From contig NC_068992.1 of assembly GCF_001194135.2 (NCBI RefSeq), positions 31,807,759 through 31,871,758 on the forward strand: a stretch of DNA of 64,000 nucleotides, written 5' to 3'. Within the stretch, counting starts at the first letter, position 1. Each line of letters begins with the position of its first letter. The position numbers were made by a program, and so were the translations under genes. Below the pieces are notes generated by a model that saw nothing but the letters and a program-made list of their open reading frames with translations, did not search any database and was not told the DNA's origin. Positions 1 to 11,219 of the stretch are shown here, in pieces. The stretch comes from Octopus bimaculoides. Its lineage: Eukaryota.

Positions 1-345
1 ATATATATATATATATATATATACATATATATACTTACACATACACACACTCACTCGCACACACACACACACTTACATATTTATTTGAGTGTGTCTTTGT
101 GTGTTTTTGTCTGTGTGTCTTTGTGTCTACGTTTGCCCCCCCCCCTCCTCGTTAGTCTACCGATGACGGTGTGTTTACGTCCTTGTAACGGATCAGTTCG
201 GCAAAGCGGGCCTATAGAATAATTGCCAGGCTTACTAAGAATAAGTTTTGGGCTCGATTCATTCGACTAAAACCTTTTCAGACGGTGCTCCAACATGGTC
301 GCAGTGAAATGACTGGAACATGTAAAAGAGTAAAAGAATAAAAGT
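1..345 (+). mobile_element. SINE family A, 3' half, preceded by its internal (TA)n/(CA)n array
   Basis: Tail 'gtgtttacgtcc..gtaac..gttcggcaaa..aataag..gatt..cgactaaa..cggtgctcc..catgg.cgcagt.aaatgactg.aaca.gtaaaaga' recurs at 7605-7830, 39660-39862, 63480-63695 and inverted at 9468-9630 and 51755-51940. Confidence 0.85.
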
Positions 346-413
346 ATACAGTCGAGACGTATTTAAATTTGTCGCAGCACACCTAATATGTCATGTTTGG
401 TGCAACTCCTCAC

Positions 414-510
414 AAACACAAGTAAGTGCGCATTTGAAGTAAATTCGTTGAAATGATATTCACGTAATATGTATTGTTTATGAAAGGGGCTTCCAAGTTT
501 CATTTCGTAA
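414..510 (-). CDS. Candidate internal exon of an unidentified host gene (YEMKLGSPFHKQYILREYHFNEFTSNAHLLVF; phase 2 to 0; may extend 5' to about 640)
   Basis: Minus strand acceptor tttgtttattctgttttggcgttcag| and donor ttt|gtgagg; only one frame is open, and it stays open over about 363-683; no homology recognised. Confidence 0.4.
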
Positions 511-1299
511 CTGAACGCCAAAACAGAATAAACAAAGCGAATCATTTGATCATTATTATAAACTATACTGAAATGTTCATTTGTCAAGAAAGTAAACGTT
601 TCCACAATAATCTGTTTACTCTCTAGAATGACATTGTTTTCTGTAATATTTTTGCAATTTATATAATAGAATTTTGGGGGGATTTATATATTTTCTTAAA
701 AATATTGTGTCTCATGTTTGTTTAGATAAATAGCAAATAAATTAGAATATTGATTATAGCAGTACATGAGAAACTGTTCACCGTTGCTACGGATGCAGCC
801 TAGAACCTGTTAACCATTGCAAAGTTCGACTAAGATGATTCAATCACTCATTGAATGTTGTGACGATTCGATATATTGTAATGCATGTGAATAATACATC
901 AAATAGTTACGTTATGCATAGAGAAACGAAAACATTGTTTTTCCAATATAAGTTTTATTGGACATTTATGTGTGGATTTTGGTAACCATGTCAGAAAGAA
1001 TGCTATAAAAATAACGTATTTTAAATTTTCTTGCACTTAAACACACTCGATTATTTATCTGCAGTGTAACATCGCCTCTGAAGTGTTAAGTAAAATAGTT
1101 TTGAGAAAACATATATATGTAAAATAGGTCTAGTACCCTGCATTAACAAATGAATTACCATATGAAGTGGGATCATTTTCTTACAGTTTCAGAAGTGACA
1201 AAACACTCATTAAAATATAAAAGTTCGAATAATTATAGGATCCTTGGACAATGTTTTTTGTTTTTTTAATTTACCAAGTTCTAAATTCCCTATAGGAGG

Positions 1300-4200
1300 G
1301 GATAGCAACAACACACACACCAGGCATGCTATTCATTTCCCCGCTCGAAGAGGCGAGCGCCATCCTAAGCTCGGGTCAATATATAGAAAGCAACCCCCGA
1401 TATCAGCAGCGGAGCGGACAGCATATGCCGGTTTACCCCCGCTATATCATGATGGTTCCGTACCCCTTTGAGCAACATCAATTCACTCATCCGTCCACAA
1501 ATATTCTCCAAGTTGTCTTCTCGTTAAACAATTATCTTGCCTCTATCACTCCAACACCTATAACCACCAAAGCTTTCCTCACTCCATCCATCCACACAAA
1601 CCCAGGTCTGCTTCTGGTTCTGCTTCCTAGCACTTCTGCTTTCATCACCCCACTTATCATTTGTTCCACATCTATCCTCTCCATGTGGCCAAACTGCTTC
1701 AACATTTGTCTATCCATTCTGGTATATAGGTTTTCTTTCACTCATGCTTGCCTTCCCATCACCTCATTCCGCATCCTGTCCATTCCTGTCAAACCAAAAA
1801 TCAGTCCTCAAATATCTCATCTCAAACACATCTAGTCGCCTCGTTTTCGCCTCTCTCAGATCCCATATCTCTGCACCATATTGCCGGCACAATCACGCCC
1901 TCTTACACACCTCTTTTCGCTTTCATACTCAACCATTCATCTCTCAACATACCTTTCACAACTCCAAGGATCTAACTCCCCTCCATCATTCTATATCCGA
2001 CTTCCTCAGCCAACACTCCATCCGCCGTCATGTGATCCCAGATATTTCAAAACACTCAGCTTCTGTAATATTTCCTCTTTTATACTCACATTCATCCTAC
2101 CAGCCATTCCATTTCTCGAACATCTCATCACTTTACTTTTAGCTACATTCACTTTCAATTTCCTCCTCTCACGCACTCTTTCAAACTCTACCCACAGTCT
2201 CCTCAATTGCTCTTCTAAATCCGCCACCAACATTGTATCATCAGCAAACATCAACAGACTTACCTGCCATTTCTGTCCATTTTCTCCTACCATTTGGGCT
2301 CCCCTACCAAACGTTCCAGCATACACCACTCTCACCACACCACTCATTAATAGATTAAACAGCCACAGAGACATCACACAACCGTGCATTAACCCCACTT
2401 TGACATCAAACCACTCACTTATTTTACCACCCGCCCTAGCGTACATCTACGTTCTCTATAGAAACTCTATAAAGCTCTCAACAATCCAGCATCTACTCCA
2501 TGCAACCGCAAAACCTACCACATTGCATTCCTCTCCACATTGTCGTATGCCCTCTCTAGGTCCATAAAGCCCCAATACATATACCTACCTTTCTCCAAAA
2601 CATCTCACACATCTAACTTACTACAACTTTCTGATCTGTACATCCCACTTCTACACGTAAAACCGCACCAATCCACCCCCAGTACATTCTCTAGATTGTT
2701 CCTCACCCTTTCAATCAGAATTATCCCCTACATTTTACGAACCACACATAACAGACTTATACCCTAAACATTTCCACACTCACATTTATCCTCTTTCTCT
2801 TCGTACAGTGACACTATACAGGCACTGCACCAGTTCTTTGGTACTCTTTCATCCATATTGCAAACATTCATAAGCTTCACTAACCATTCAATCACTGTCA
2901 CGCCTCCTTTCTTTAAACATTCCACTGTACACCTATCTATACCTAGCGCCTTCCGGTTTGCCATCTTCCGCAATGATTCCCTCACCTCCTCCTTTTCAGC
3001 TGCACCGTAGTTCCATTCCCCATCAACAAGCGTCCCCCCTCTCTCTTCCTACAACCACTATACTTGTCTCCCTATCATTTAACAACTCACTAACATACTC
3101 TGCTCATCGCCTTTGTCATCCTCACTTCCTTTCAACAAATTACCGTTTACATCCTTCACCCTTTCTTCCCTTCCTCCAGCCACCTTACTTACCCTCTGTA
3201 CCTCTTACCCTTTGTACCTCTTACTCTATGTATCTCTTACCCTCTGTACCTCTTTGTGAAACATATTTTTATTCCTTACAAATTTTTCACACAACTTTTT
3301 CCCGAACCTTTCACTGGCCTGCCATTTCGTCATCTACACTCTCTCTACACCTCTCTCTACACTCTCCACTTCACTTCTCTGTAACGATCATAAGCCTCAC
3401 CATCCCTTTTCTGCAACTACTCCTCAAAGGCCCATTGCAACCACTTGTGTACCATATGCCTCAGAGTCACAAGTCATTAATGCCTCGCTAAAGGTCTCCC
3501 ACTGCTTCTCCCTTTTCCTTTTCCTGTCTCCCTTTTCCTAATCTGTTCATATTCACCTCTCTAAGTTCTCCACATACTCCAAATCCTCTCTCTAATTCAG
3601 TTCACTCTCCTCCCTGCCATTCATCTAGTATTCCATTTTGAGTACGCTTTCAACTTACTCCATAATAAGAAGTGATCTGACATTCCTCAATCTTCACCTC
3701 TCATTACATGCTCAACCAAGAACCTTCCGACCACTCTTTTATCAATCAATACATAATCCATCAAGGCCCTATCCACTGTTGTTCCTCCCTCCACCTTCCC
3801 CCATATGAACTTGCTTTTCTCCCAATTCTTAAAATGACTATTCCCCACTTTCAACTGTGCTCCATACACATTTCCAACAGCCTCCTCCCCACTCCATGTC
3901 TTCCTGCTACATTTTCTACTTTCTCAATTCCCATTCGCGCATTGAAATCACCTGACAGGACCGCTTACCCACGTTTCCCCACCCTATCCACACACTCTGT
4001 CATTTCCATCCAGAGCTCCTCTACTTTCTCACTCCTTTCACTTCCTGGATCATATACACTAAACGACACCCACCGCTCTCCTCCTCAACTCACCTTAACC
4101 TGCATTCACCTTGAAGGCAATTCCCCCCAATCCACCACACTCTTCGGCACACACTCACTCACCAGCAATGCCACTCACTCACGCCCTCCCACCACCACCA

Positions 4201-4670
4201 CTCCCGATACTCGTCCAGTCACATCACGAAACTGGTATTCTCTCTTATCTTTCATCTTAGTTTCGCTTAGCGCAAGCATATCTACCCTTATCATCATCAT
4301 CACACTCCCTATCTCTCTCCTCTTTAGCTCCCTTATACTGCACCCACGCACATTTCGTGACCGTAGTACTAGGGTGGGATATGGTGCTAACCTTCTCCCA
4401 ACCCCTTTCTTGTTGACATTTTTGGAACTTTTTTTACTAGAAGGAGTGAAATCCCAGTTCCTTCGTTCCTACTCCTTTTAGTCGCCACGCAAGGAATACG
4501 GTAACTGCAGTCGGGTTTGCTAGTTAACCATTAGTTGAGACCTTATAGGTGCTACCACTTGGGACTAGAGTAAACCTGGGAACAATAGTGGTTCCACACT
4601 CCTCAAGCTCTGAAACCAGGGCCCCAGTGTCGTATCCAGGACTGCTCATACCCAGGACAATGCATGTTAA
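1300..4670 (-). mobile_element. Near-full-length decayed RTE-clade LINE (APE endonuclease + reverse transcriptase)
   Basis: Minus-strand motifs RNVRGC..VDMLALSETKMK (APE start), LMDYVLIDKR (APE end), ANRKALGID, GLMHGCVMSLWLFN, LLMFADDT, LKVNVAKSKVM, LKYLGS, WFGHMER-like QFGHMER; many stops and frameshifts. Confidence 0.92.
4526..4608 (-). ncRNA. Candidate HDV-like self-cleaving ribozyme in the RTE 5' region (degenerate)
   Basis: Manual fold: P1 gcttg(a)gga/tcccaagt with G+1:U, P2 aacca/tggtt, P3 cta/tag, GG after P1, P4 ag(c)acc-tataa-ggtct, J4/2 CTAA; L3 is 18 nt versus about 7 in canonical ribozymes. Confidence 0.35.
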
Positions 4671-4699
4671 TATAACATATAATTCAGAATTTACCTTAC

Positions 4700-4793
4700 C
4701 GCAATCGACTGACAAAAAGGGAGTAATTTTGCTATGTCTTTTAAAAAAGGGTGTTATTAATATCTTTAGGGCTATGACGTACACAATCGCGTC
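4700..4793 (-). CDS. Candidate internal exon (DAIVYVIALKILITPFFKRHSKITPFLSVDC; phase 0 to 1)
   Basis: Acceptor tgtttcttttctcttcgtaaag|, donor gcg|gtaagg, single open frame. Confidence 0.3.
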
Positions 4794-5050
4794 CTTTACG
4801 AAGAGAAAAGAAACACATGAATGCCCGCGAACGGTCTTCTGTTTTCATTTTTGTCTTAGTGTTGCACACGAATCAACACATAGATAAGTATATCTCCTAT
4901 AAACGAATATATGTTTGTGTAAAAGAACATACAAAATGCTATGTAGCATTGTTCTGTGAAATTGTTATTCTTAATACATGGAGTTCTTTATGGGTACGTC
5001 TTCAAAAAAAAAATACACATAACAAAAAGTTTAATATATGAAAGAGATAA

Positions 5051-5250
5051 GGCGGCGACCTGGCAGACACGTTAGCACGCCGGAAATTTCGTCGTTCTTT
5101 ACGTTCTGACTTCAAACTCCTCTGAGGTCGACTTTACCATTCATAATTTCGGGGCCGATTGATTAAGTACCAGTTGCATACTGAGGTCGATCTAATTGAC
5201 TGGCTCCTTCACCCAAGATTTCGGAGCTTGTGCCTAGAGTAGAAAAGGTT
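5051..5250 (+). mobile_element. SINE family B (tRNA-derived head; central gaggtcgacttt..cat..ggggtcgat..aagtaccagtt domain)
   Basis: ggcggcga.ctggcaga head, B-box-like ttcaaactcc; central domain recurs at 29710-29770, 30325-30385 and inverted at 43380-43480. Confidence 0.85.
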
Positions 5251-7134
5251 ATATATGAAATAGATAATTGGGCGTTCATACGCTTAATTTATGCCGTTAG
5301 AAATTGGTTTTGTATGGTAATGACATCATTTTCTGCCATGCTTCAATAATAAACAAAATCAACATAGATTTTAACGTGATAATGTTGCTCGCAAATGTAT
5401 AAAATGCTCAAAATTGAGAGCTAAGAAAATATATTTACGAGGTTTATTAAGTGTAACAAAAAAAGTAAAGAATCGGAATAAACAGAATGGAAACCATAAA
5501 CACGAAGTGTTATGCAACATGTTTTGTATATTTGTATTATAAGAATAAGAGAAAAACAAGCTTACATTGTTATTTCATTATTTCACTCTATGTCCAGCAT
5601 GTTTTTAGAATTAAATTAAAATAAGATGCAACGATATAAATATGTTCTTAGTACATAAGAATTAATGATTATAAACGTTGAAGGAGATGGATAAACAAGG
5701 AACAGGATTAAATTACCGCGATATTTCAATTAGTAATCATTAATTAGTAATCATATGGATGGCAGTGTTTTCTGTTTACCATAAGCAGAGTTATTGTTCC
5801 TGGAAGGAAACGTTTGTATAACAGCGAAATATTTGCTTTCATTCGTATAAATATTTACCCTGAACAATCGTTTTATGAAACACTATCTCTATGTAAACTA
5901 AACGTATAGAATATTATAGGGAAGTATTAATATATCTGAGATCAGCGATGTAAAGAGTTTCAACACTTACTTTCAATGCACATACATTTATAGTGTCTGA
6001 GCACTATTTCTGTTTATCAATATACCACATGTTTATGTATATACTCTAATTTGCAGGGTGAATAGTCCTCTCCTGAATGAACGTTACGATTATACTGCTT
6101 ACACTTAACTCAGAATTAACAATAAAAGTATCGGATTGAACTCTTTCATTCATTCTGTTAAACGGATTTAATATTGTAAAGGTACAGAAAGTGAATGAAA
6201 TACAAGACTAGATTATTTATTATTTTTATATCATTTAAGCAATTTCCTCAGCAAAATTATTTTGACTATGCAAATATATATGCTTAACGGATGTATTCTG
6301 AATTATATTCTTCCTGATATATGCGTCTAGAAATTACATATCTAGTTACATATTACACCTTACCTATAGATAAAAAAAATTATTTAAAAATTTGTGGATA
6401 TATGCTTTTCATCTGACGATATCATGTAAAATTTAAGAACTATATTCAATTGCATAACATTATATATAATGTTATACACCATAAATTATTAGAAAACTAA
6501 ATGGTCTCATTTGATGTAGAGACAATAAAATTACGTAAAAATATATTCCGCATTTAGAAAGCTGGATGATATAGTGAAAACCTATTTTTCATTTCTAGTA
6601 TAGTATATCTTTAAAAAGTACTAAATAAATGGCTGTTAAAGGGTTCATTCAAATATAGAGAAACGATACACAAAGCGAGTGAAGCGTTTAACAAAATCAG
6701 CATGGAAACCCAGAAAATGAGTTTAATCTACTTTCAAAAATATTGATTTTACATAAAAAAAAACAACGCAATATTTATATATATATATATGTATATTACA
6801 CGATATGATTTATAATATATCTATATTTATAAAGATTTCATCAGAAAGACATAGCATTTAGCAAATTTTTAAAGGTTGCGGAGAAAATAATTTATATACA
6901 TACACGCCACACACACACAAACACACACACTCACGCACACACATATATATACATGCACACGTACGCCATATAGATTCTCTTACAAATATATGAATATATT
7001 TACAAGCATTCATGCGTATATGTATATACGTGTGTATGCCTCTCTGTGCGTCTGTGTTATGTGCATTACGGTGAAAACATTTGAATATTTATTAAAGCAT
7101 ACAGGTAAAAACATACGCATATGTATAGTGAGAA

Positions 7135-7294
7135 GGCGTGGCAGTATGGTGAGTAGATTGCTTCCAATCCTCATGCTACCGGGTTCAGTCCAACTCCGTG
7201 GCACCTTGGGCAGGTTTATTCTACTATAACCTCGGGCCGACCAGAGACTTGTGAGTGGATTTGGTAGATTGAAACCTATCACACACACACACTC

Positions 7295-7343
<49 letters not shown>

Positions 7344-7830
7344 ATATATATATATATNNNNNNNNNNNNNNNNNNNNNNNNNNNNNNNNNNNNNNNNNNN
7401 NNNNNNNNNNNNNNNNNNNNNNNNNNNNNNNNNNNNNNNNNNNNNNNNNNNNNNNNNNNNNNNNNNNNNNNNNNNNNNNNNNNNNNNNNNNNNNNNNNNN
7501 NNNNNNNNNNNNNNNNNNNNNNNNNNNNNNNNNNNNNNNNNNNNNNNNNNNNNNNNNGATTTTGTCCCTAATAATATTATTATATATATATATATATATA
7601 TATGCGTGTGTCATTGTGTCTGTGTTGTCCCCTCTCATACTGCTTGATACCCGGTGCTGGTGTGTTTAGGTCCTTGTAACTTAGCGGTTCGGCAAACACA
7701 GAAGGAAACAATAAGTCCTAGGTTTTAAAGAGAATATGTCCTGGGGTCGAATTCTTCGAATAAAACCATTCAAATCGGTGCTCCAGCTCACCCGCTGTCA
7801 ACTGACTGAAGCAAATAAATGAATAAAAAA
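7135..7830 (+). mobile_element. SINE family A, full length, with internal microsatellite and assembly gap
   Basis: tRNA-like head (ggcgtggcagtatggtgag..gggttcagtcc), CORE-like gtggcaccttgggca, internal (CA)n(TATC)n(TA)n, then the family A tail. Confidence 0.85.
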
Positions 7831-8627
7831 AAAATATATATATATGCATCTATAATAATAGATGTGCGGCTCGTAAATACGATCCAAATTCATTCCCGTT
7901 TTACCTGATATTGCTTTTGTCCTTCAAAACTGTAATTATCTCCTATTGAGAAATACAATACCAGTACCCACGTCATCGATTGGTGTGTAGGAAAAATATA
8001 GCAGGAATATCCAAAGCTTTATTAGATATGATCAGGTGTACGTTTATTATTTCAGATTCGGTCAACTTCAGCTGACGCGAGCTAAATAACATTTTTTACG
8101 CAAAATAGCTTAGTGATTTTAATATTTCTAATTATTTCTCACAACACATACTGTTGGTCGCAAAACTTAAATTGCTGTGCTTGAGGGCAGTAAAAGTTTT
8201 GCCTGGAGAAATTCTACTCCAACAATAATATATAGGTTATGACAAATAACTTTAAATCTTAGTTCACTTTGTTCCCGTATTATATATCCCACTCACTGCT
8301 CTTTCTAGCATTAGTAATATGTGTATACCCTTTCATCATATTAGACTTATATATTTGTTATATTCAATCGAATATTTGTTTAATATTTTCAGGGTTGTTT
8401 CCCTTATTATATTCATATACTTAATTACTCAAATTCTTTCTTGCCTTCGAATTTTCTATTTGCAGACAATATATCAAATGCCCTCTACAACAGTCGTTGC
8501 TAATATCTATATTCATTTTGTCAATGGTTAATAGAATCACCCAAAAGATTAATTCATTTGCAAATATCACGACTGCTATCCAATTACCCTCCTGTATGCG
8601 AACCACTGACAGAGTTACTCTACTTAC

Positions 8628-8680
8628 TTTATATGGAATACAGTTATATATCTTTAAGACAGGATATATTAGTTCTTTAC
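8628..8680 (-). CDS. Candidate internal exon (KELIYPVLKIYNCIPYK; phase 1 to 0) inside a 131-codon minus ORF
   Basis: Acceptor ttttggctattttacaag|, donor aaa|gtaagt; boundaries ambiguous. Confidence 0.3.
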
Positions 8681-9210
8681 CTTGTAAAATAGCCAAAATA
8701 AATATTATAGTAATTTGATTATAGCGCCCAAACAATTTGGCAGCCGAGTAACATCTGTAAAATTGCCTATAGACAATATTTTCAATATTACCAATCTTAT
8801 ATTGTGCATTACTCAACAGTTCCTACGTGTATTATATTTCGATGTAACCTTGTTAATAATTGTGATCTAAGGAAGAGAATATTTAACTCTTCTAATGCTG
8901 GCTTCAAGATTTGGGTATTCAGCTCACTGGGCAGTTGCACTGGCAATTATTTCTCTTATAACATTTAGCCTATCTAAATCGAAATACTCTCTCTCACTCT
9001 CTCTCTCTCTCTCCTTCTCTCTCTCTCTCCTTCTCTCTCTCTCTGTCTCTCTCTCTCTCTCTCGCTATATATCTATATAATTAAAAATATTGCATTTCTA
9101 AATCTCTCAGAGAGTTATGCAGTAGCAGTGTGATGGTTTGTTGCCAACTTAATGTGGCAGTCACAGGGGTGGGAAGAATGCTACTGTTTTCGAACCCCAA
9201 CAAACAACTA

Positions 9211-9367
9211 TTCTAGTTGGCTATGTGACACAAGGGTTCGGTGTCCTTAAGTTTTCACACAGGGGAGATAAACATCTCCACCCAACAAAACCAGCTTTGG
9301 AGGAGCTTCTCTCGCTTTTTTGAAAACTTAAGGACACAGAACGCTTGTGTCACTTAGCTAACGAGAA
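9211..9367. repeat. MITE-like inverted repeat: 47-bp arms (9211-9257, 9321-9367), 63-bp spacer
   Basis: ttctagttggctatgtgacacaagggttcggtgtccttaagttttca matches the reverse complement of the right arm with 5 mismatches. Confidence 0.8.
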
Positions 9368-9467
9368 ACGGTATTCCTTGGGATTAATTAGCAGTGGCAT
9401 TCTTCCCTTTCCTGGTCCTGCAACTTTAAGCTGTCTACAAACCATCAATATATGTAAATATTCATTG

Positions 9468-9653
9468 ATTCTTTTACTTGTTTCAGTCATCTGACTGTGG
9501 CTATACTGGAGCACCCCCTTTACTCGAACAAATCGACCACAGGACTTATTCTTTGTAAGCCTAGTACTTATTCTATCGGGCTCTTTTAGCTGAACCGCAC
9601 CAACATCGGTTGTCAAACGATGGTAACACATATAAAATATACATACATATACA

Positions 9654-9704
<51 letters not shown>

Positions 9705-9790
9705 ATGTGTGCGTGTGTGTACGTGTGTGTGTATGTGTGTGTGTGTGTATGCATATATATACACACACATACACACTCATATGCGTACGT
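9468..9790 (-). mobile_element. SINE family A, 3' half plus internal (TA)n/(TG)n array
   Basis: Reverse complement of the family A tail (ttcttttacttgtttcagtcat..ctggagcacc..gaacaaatcgacc.caggacttattctttgtaagcctagtacttattctatcg). Confidence 0.85.
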
Positions 9791-11092
9791 GTTTCTAAGT
9801 ACGAACATACGAAAATATAAGATATGGCCTATGATTGTTTCACTCATGGTATCTGGAGCAAAAGCAATATACAAGTTTACCTTTTGTATATGTGTATACT
9901 ATATTCCAATATGTGAATGGGAGCTAGGATCTTCTTAAGTTGATGATATATAGCTATGTGTGTCTGCGTGTTTATTTGCTTGGGAATGGGAAGCTTAATT
10001 TGATAGAATAAGAGATAAACACATTCCGCAACTTTAATTCGGTTGTCTATCATAGCGTGCATGTTTTTTCAAAATCATATATCAATATAAATAAAAAAAC
10101 TTCACAGGTGAAGAGATATAACTAACATTTTCTTCTTATTTCAAGGTTGTAAATCTTTGATGTACATATGTCTTAACTACTTATTTAAGTATGCGTTTAA
10201 CTATGCATTTACGGTAAATGTCACGTTTGATTAATCTTTGGAAATAAATTGGAAGCGGAAATGGAAGAATACCTTGCAGAAATAGGGCGAATTTGCTGAA
10301 GACTAGAAATTAAATTTAAATGCATCGTTCCGTGTTAAGTTTGAAATTTTGCATGATAGGAAATAAAAGTGTACATATATTTGCCATTTCCTAGATGCTC
10401 CTTCTGTTGACAAATTTAAAGAAATGAATTCTTCGGTTAATTGTATCAATAGATTTGGTATGTGTAAAATTATACTGCAGATACAGAATTCAATTTCCTG
10501 ATTTTTGCTTTATGGAGATTTTATATTTCTTAGTGAGTGTGTATATATGTTTGTGTGTGTATGTGTGTGTGTTTCTGTGTAGGAGTGAGTGTATAGGGGT
10601 AAAATTATCCAAGCAGTTACCGTTGGAGCTCTCAGGTAAGTTACAGGCGATGGCTAACCGCATTAAGTAGTACTGAGCGTCAATAATCGCTAGATATTTG
10701 CAATCCCGTTGTAATTCTTACAATGGGTAAACTTAGGGTTCGCTTCCATGTTTTAGGAATATTATCAGTAGTGTAGATTTAAAACGATAATAAAGAATAC
10801 GGAGACAAGTATATCTTCGGCATTATGTCAAACAGCATAATTATTTGGTTACAATGACCGACACATTTTAAAATAATCGACACAGAGTATATGCAGCCGG
10901 AAATACTACCAATCATAATCTTGTGTGCACCTTTATTCAGTATCCTTCAGCAAACGTGTTTCAAAGCAATTTTACGTAGCCTGTGCAGCAAAAACACGTG
11001 TCGGCGATTGTAAGCATCATGCTATATGACCAACTATAAAATTAAAAGAAAAATTTGATCATGTATATGTCCCTGTATTCTCTATAACCATG

Positions 11093-11099
<7 letters not shown>

Positions 11100-11123
<24 letters not shown>

Positions 11124-11144
11124 CTTTATCTGTTTGTTTGTCTT

Positions 11145-11215
<71 letters not shown>
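11100..11215 (+). repeat. (TATC)n/(TC)n compound microsatellite at the 5' edge of the second RTE
   Basis: Direct inspection. Confidence 0.9.
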
Positions 11216-11216
<1 letters not shown>

Positions 11217-11219
11217 ATT

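Noticed and set aside
1244-4481. Long plus-strand ORFs (e.g. 1881-2567, 3708-4481) rich in S/T/P/L/H
   Set aside because: Antisense shadows of the purine-rich RTE sense strand, not genes
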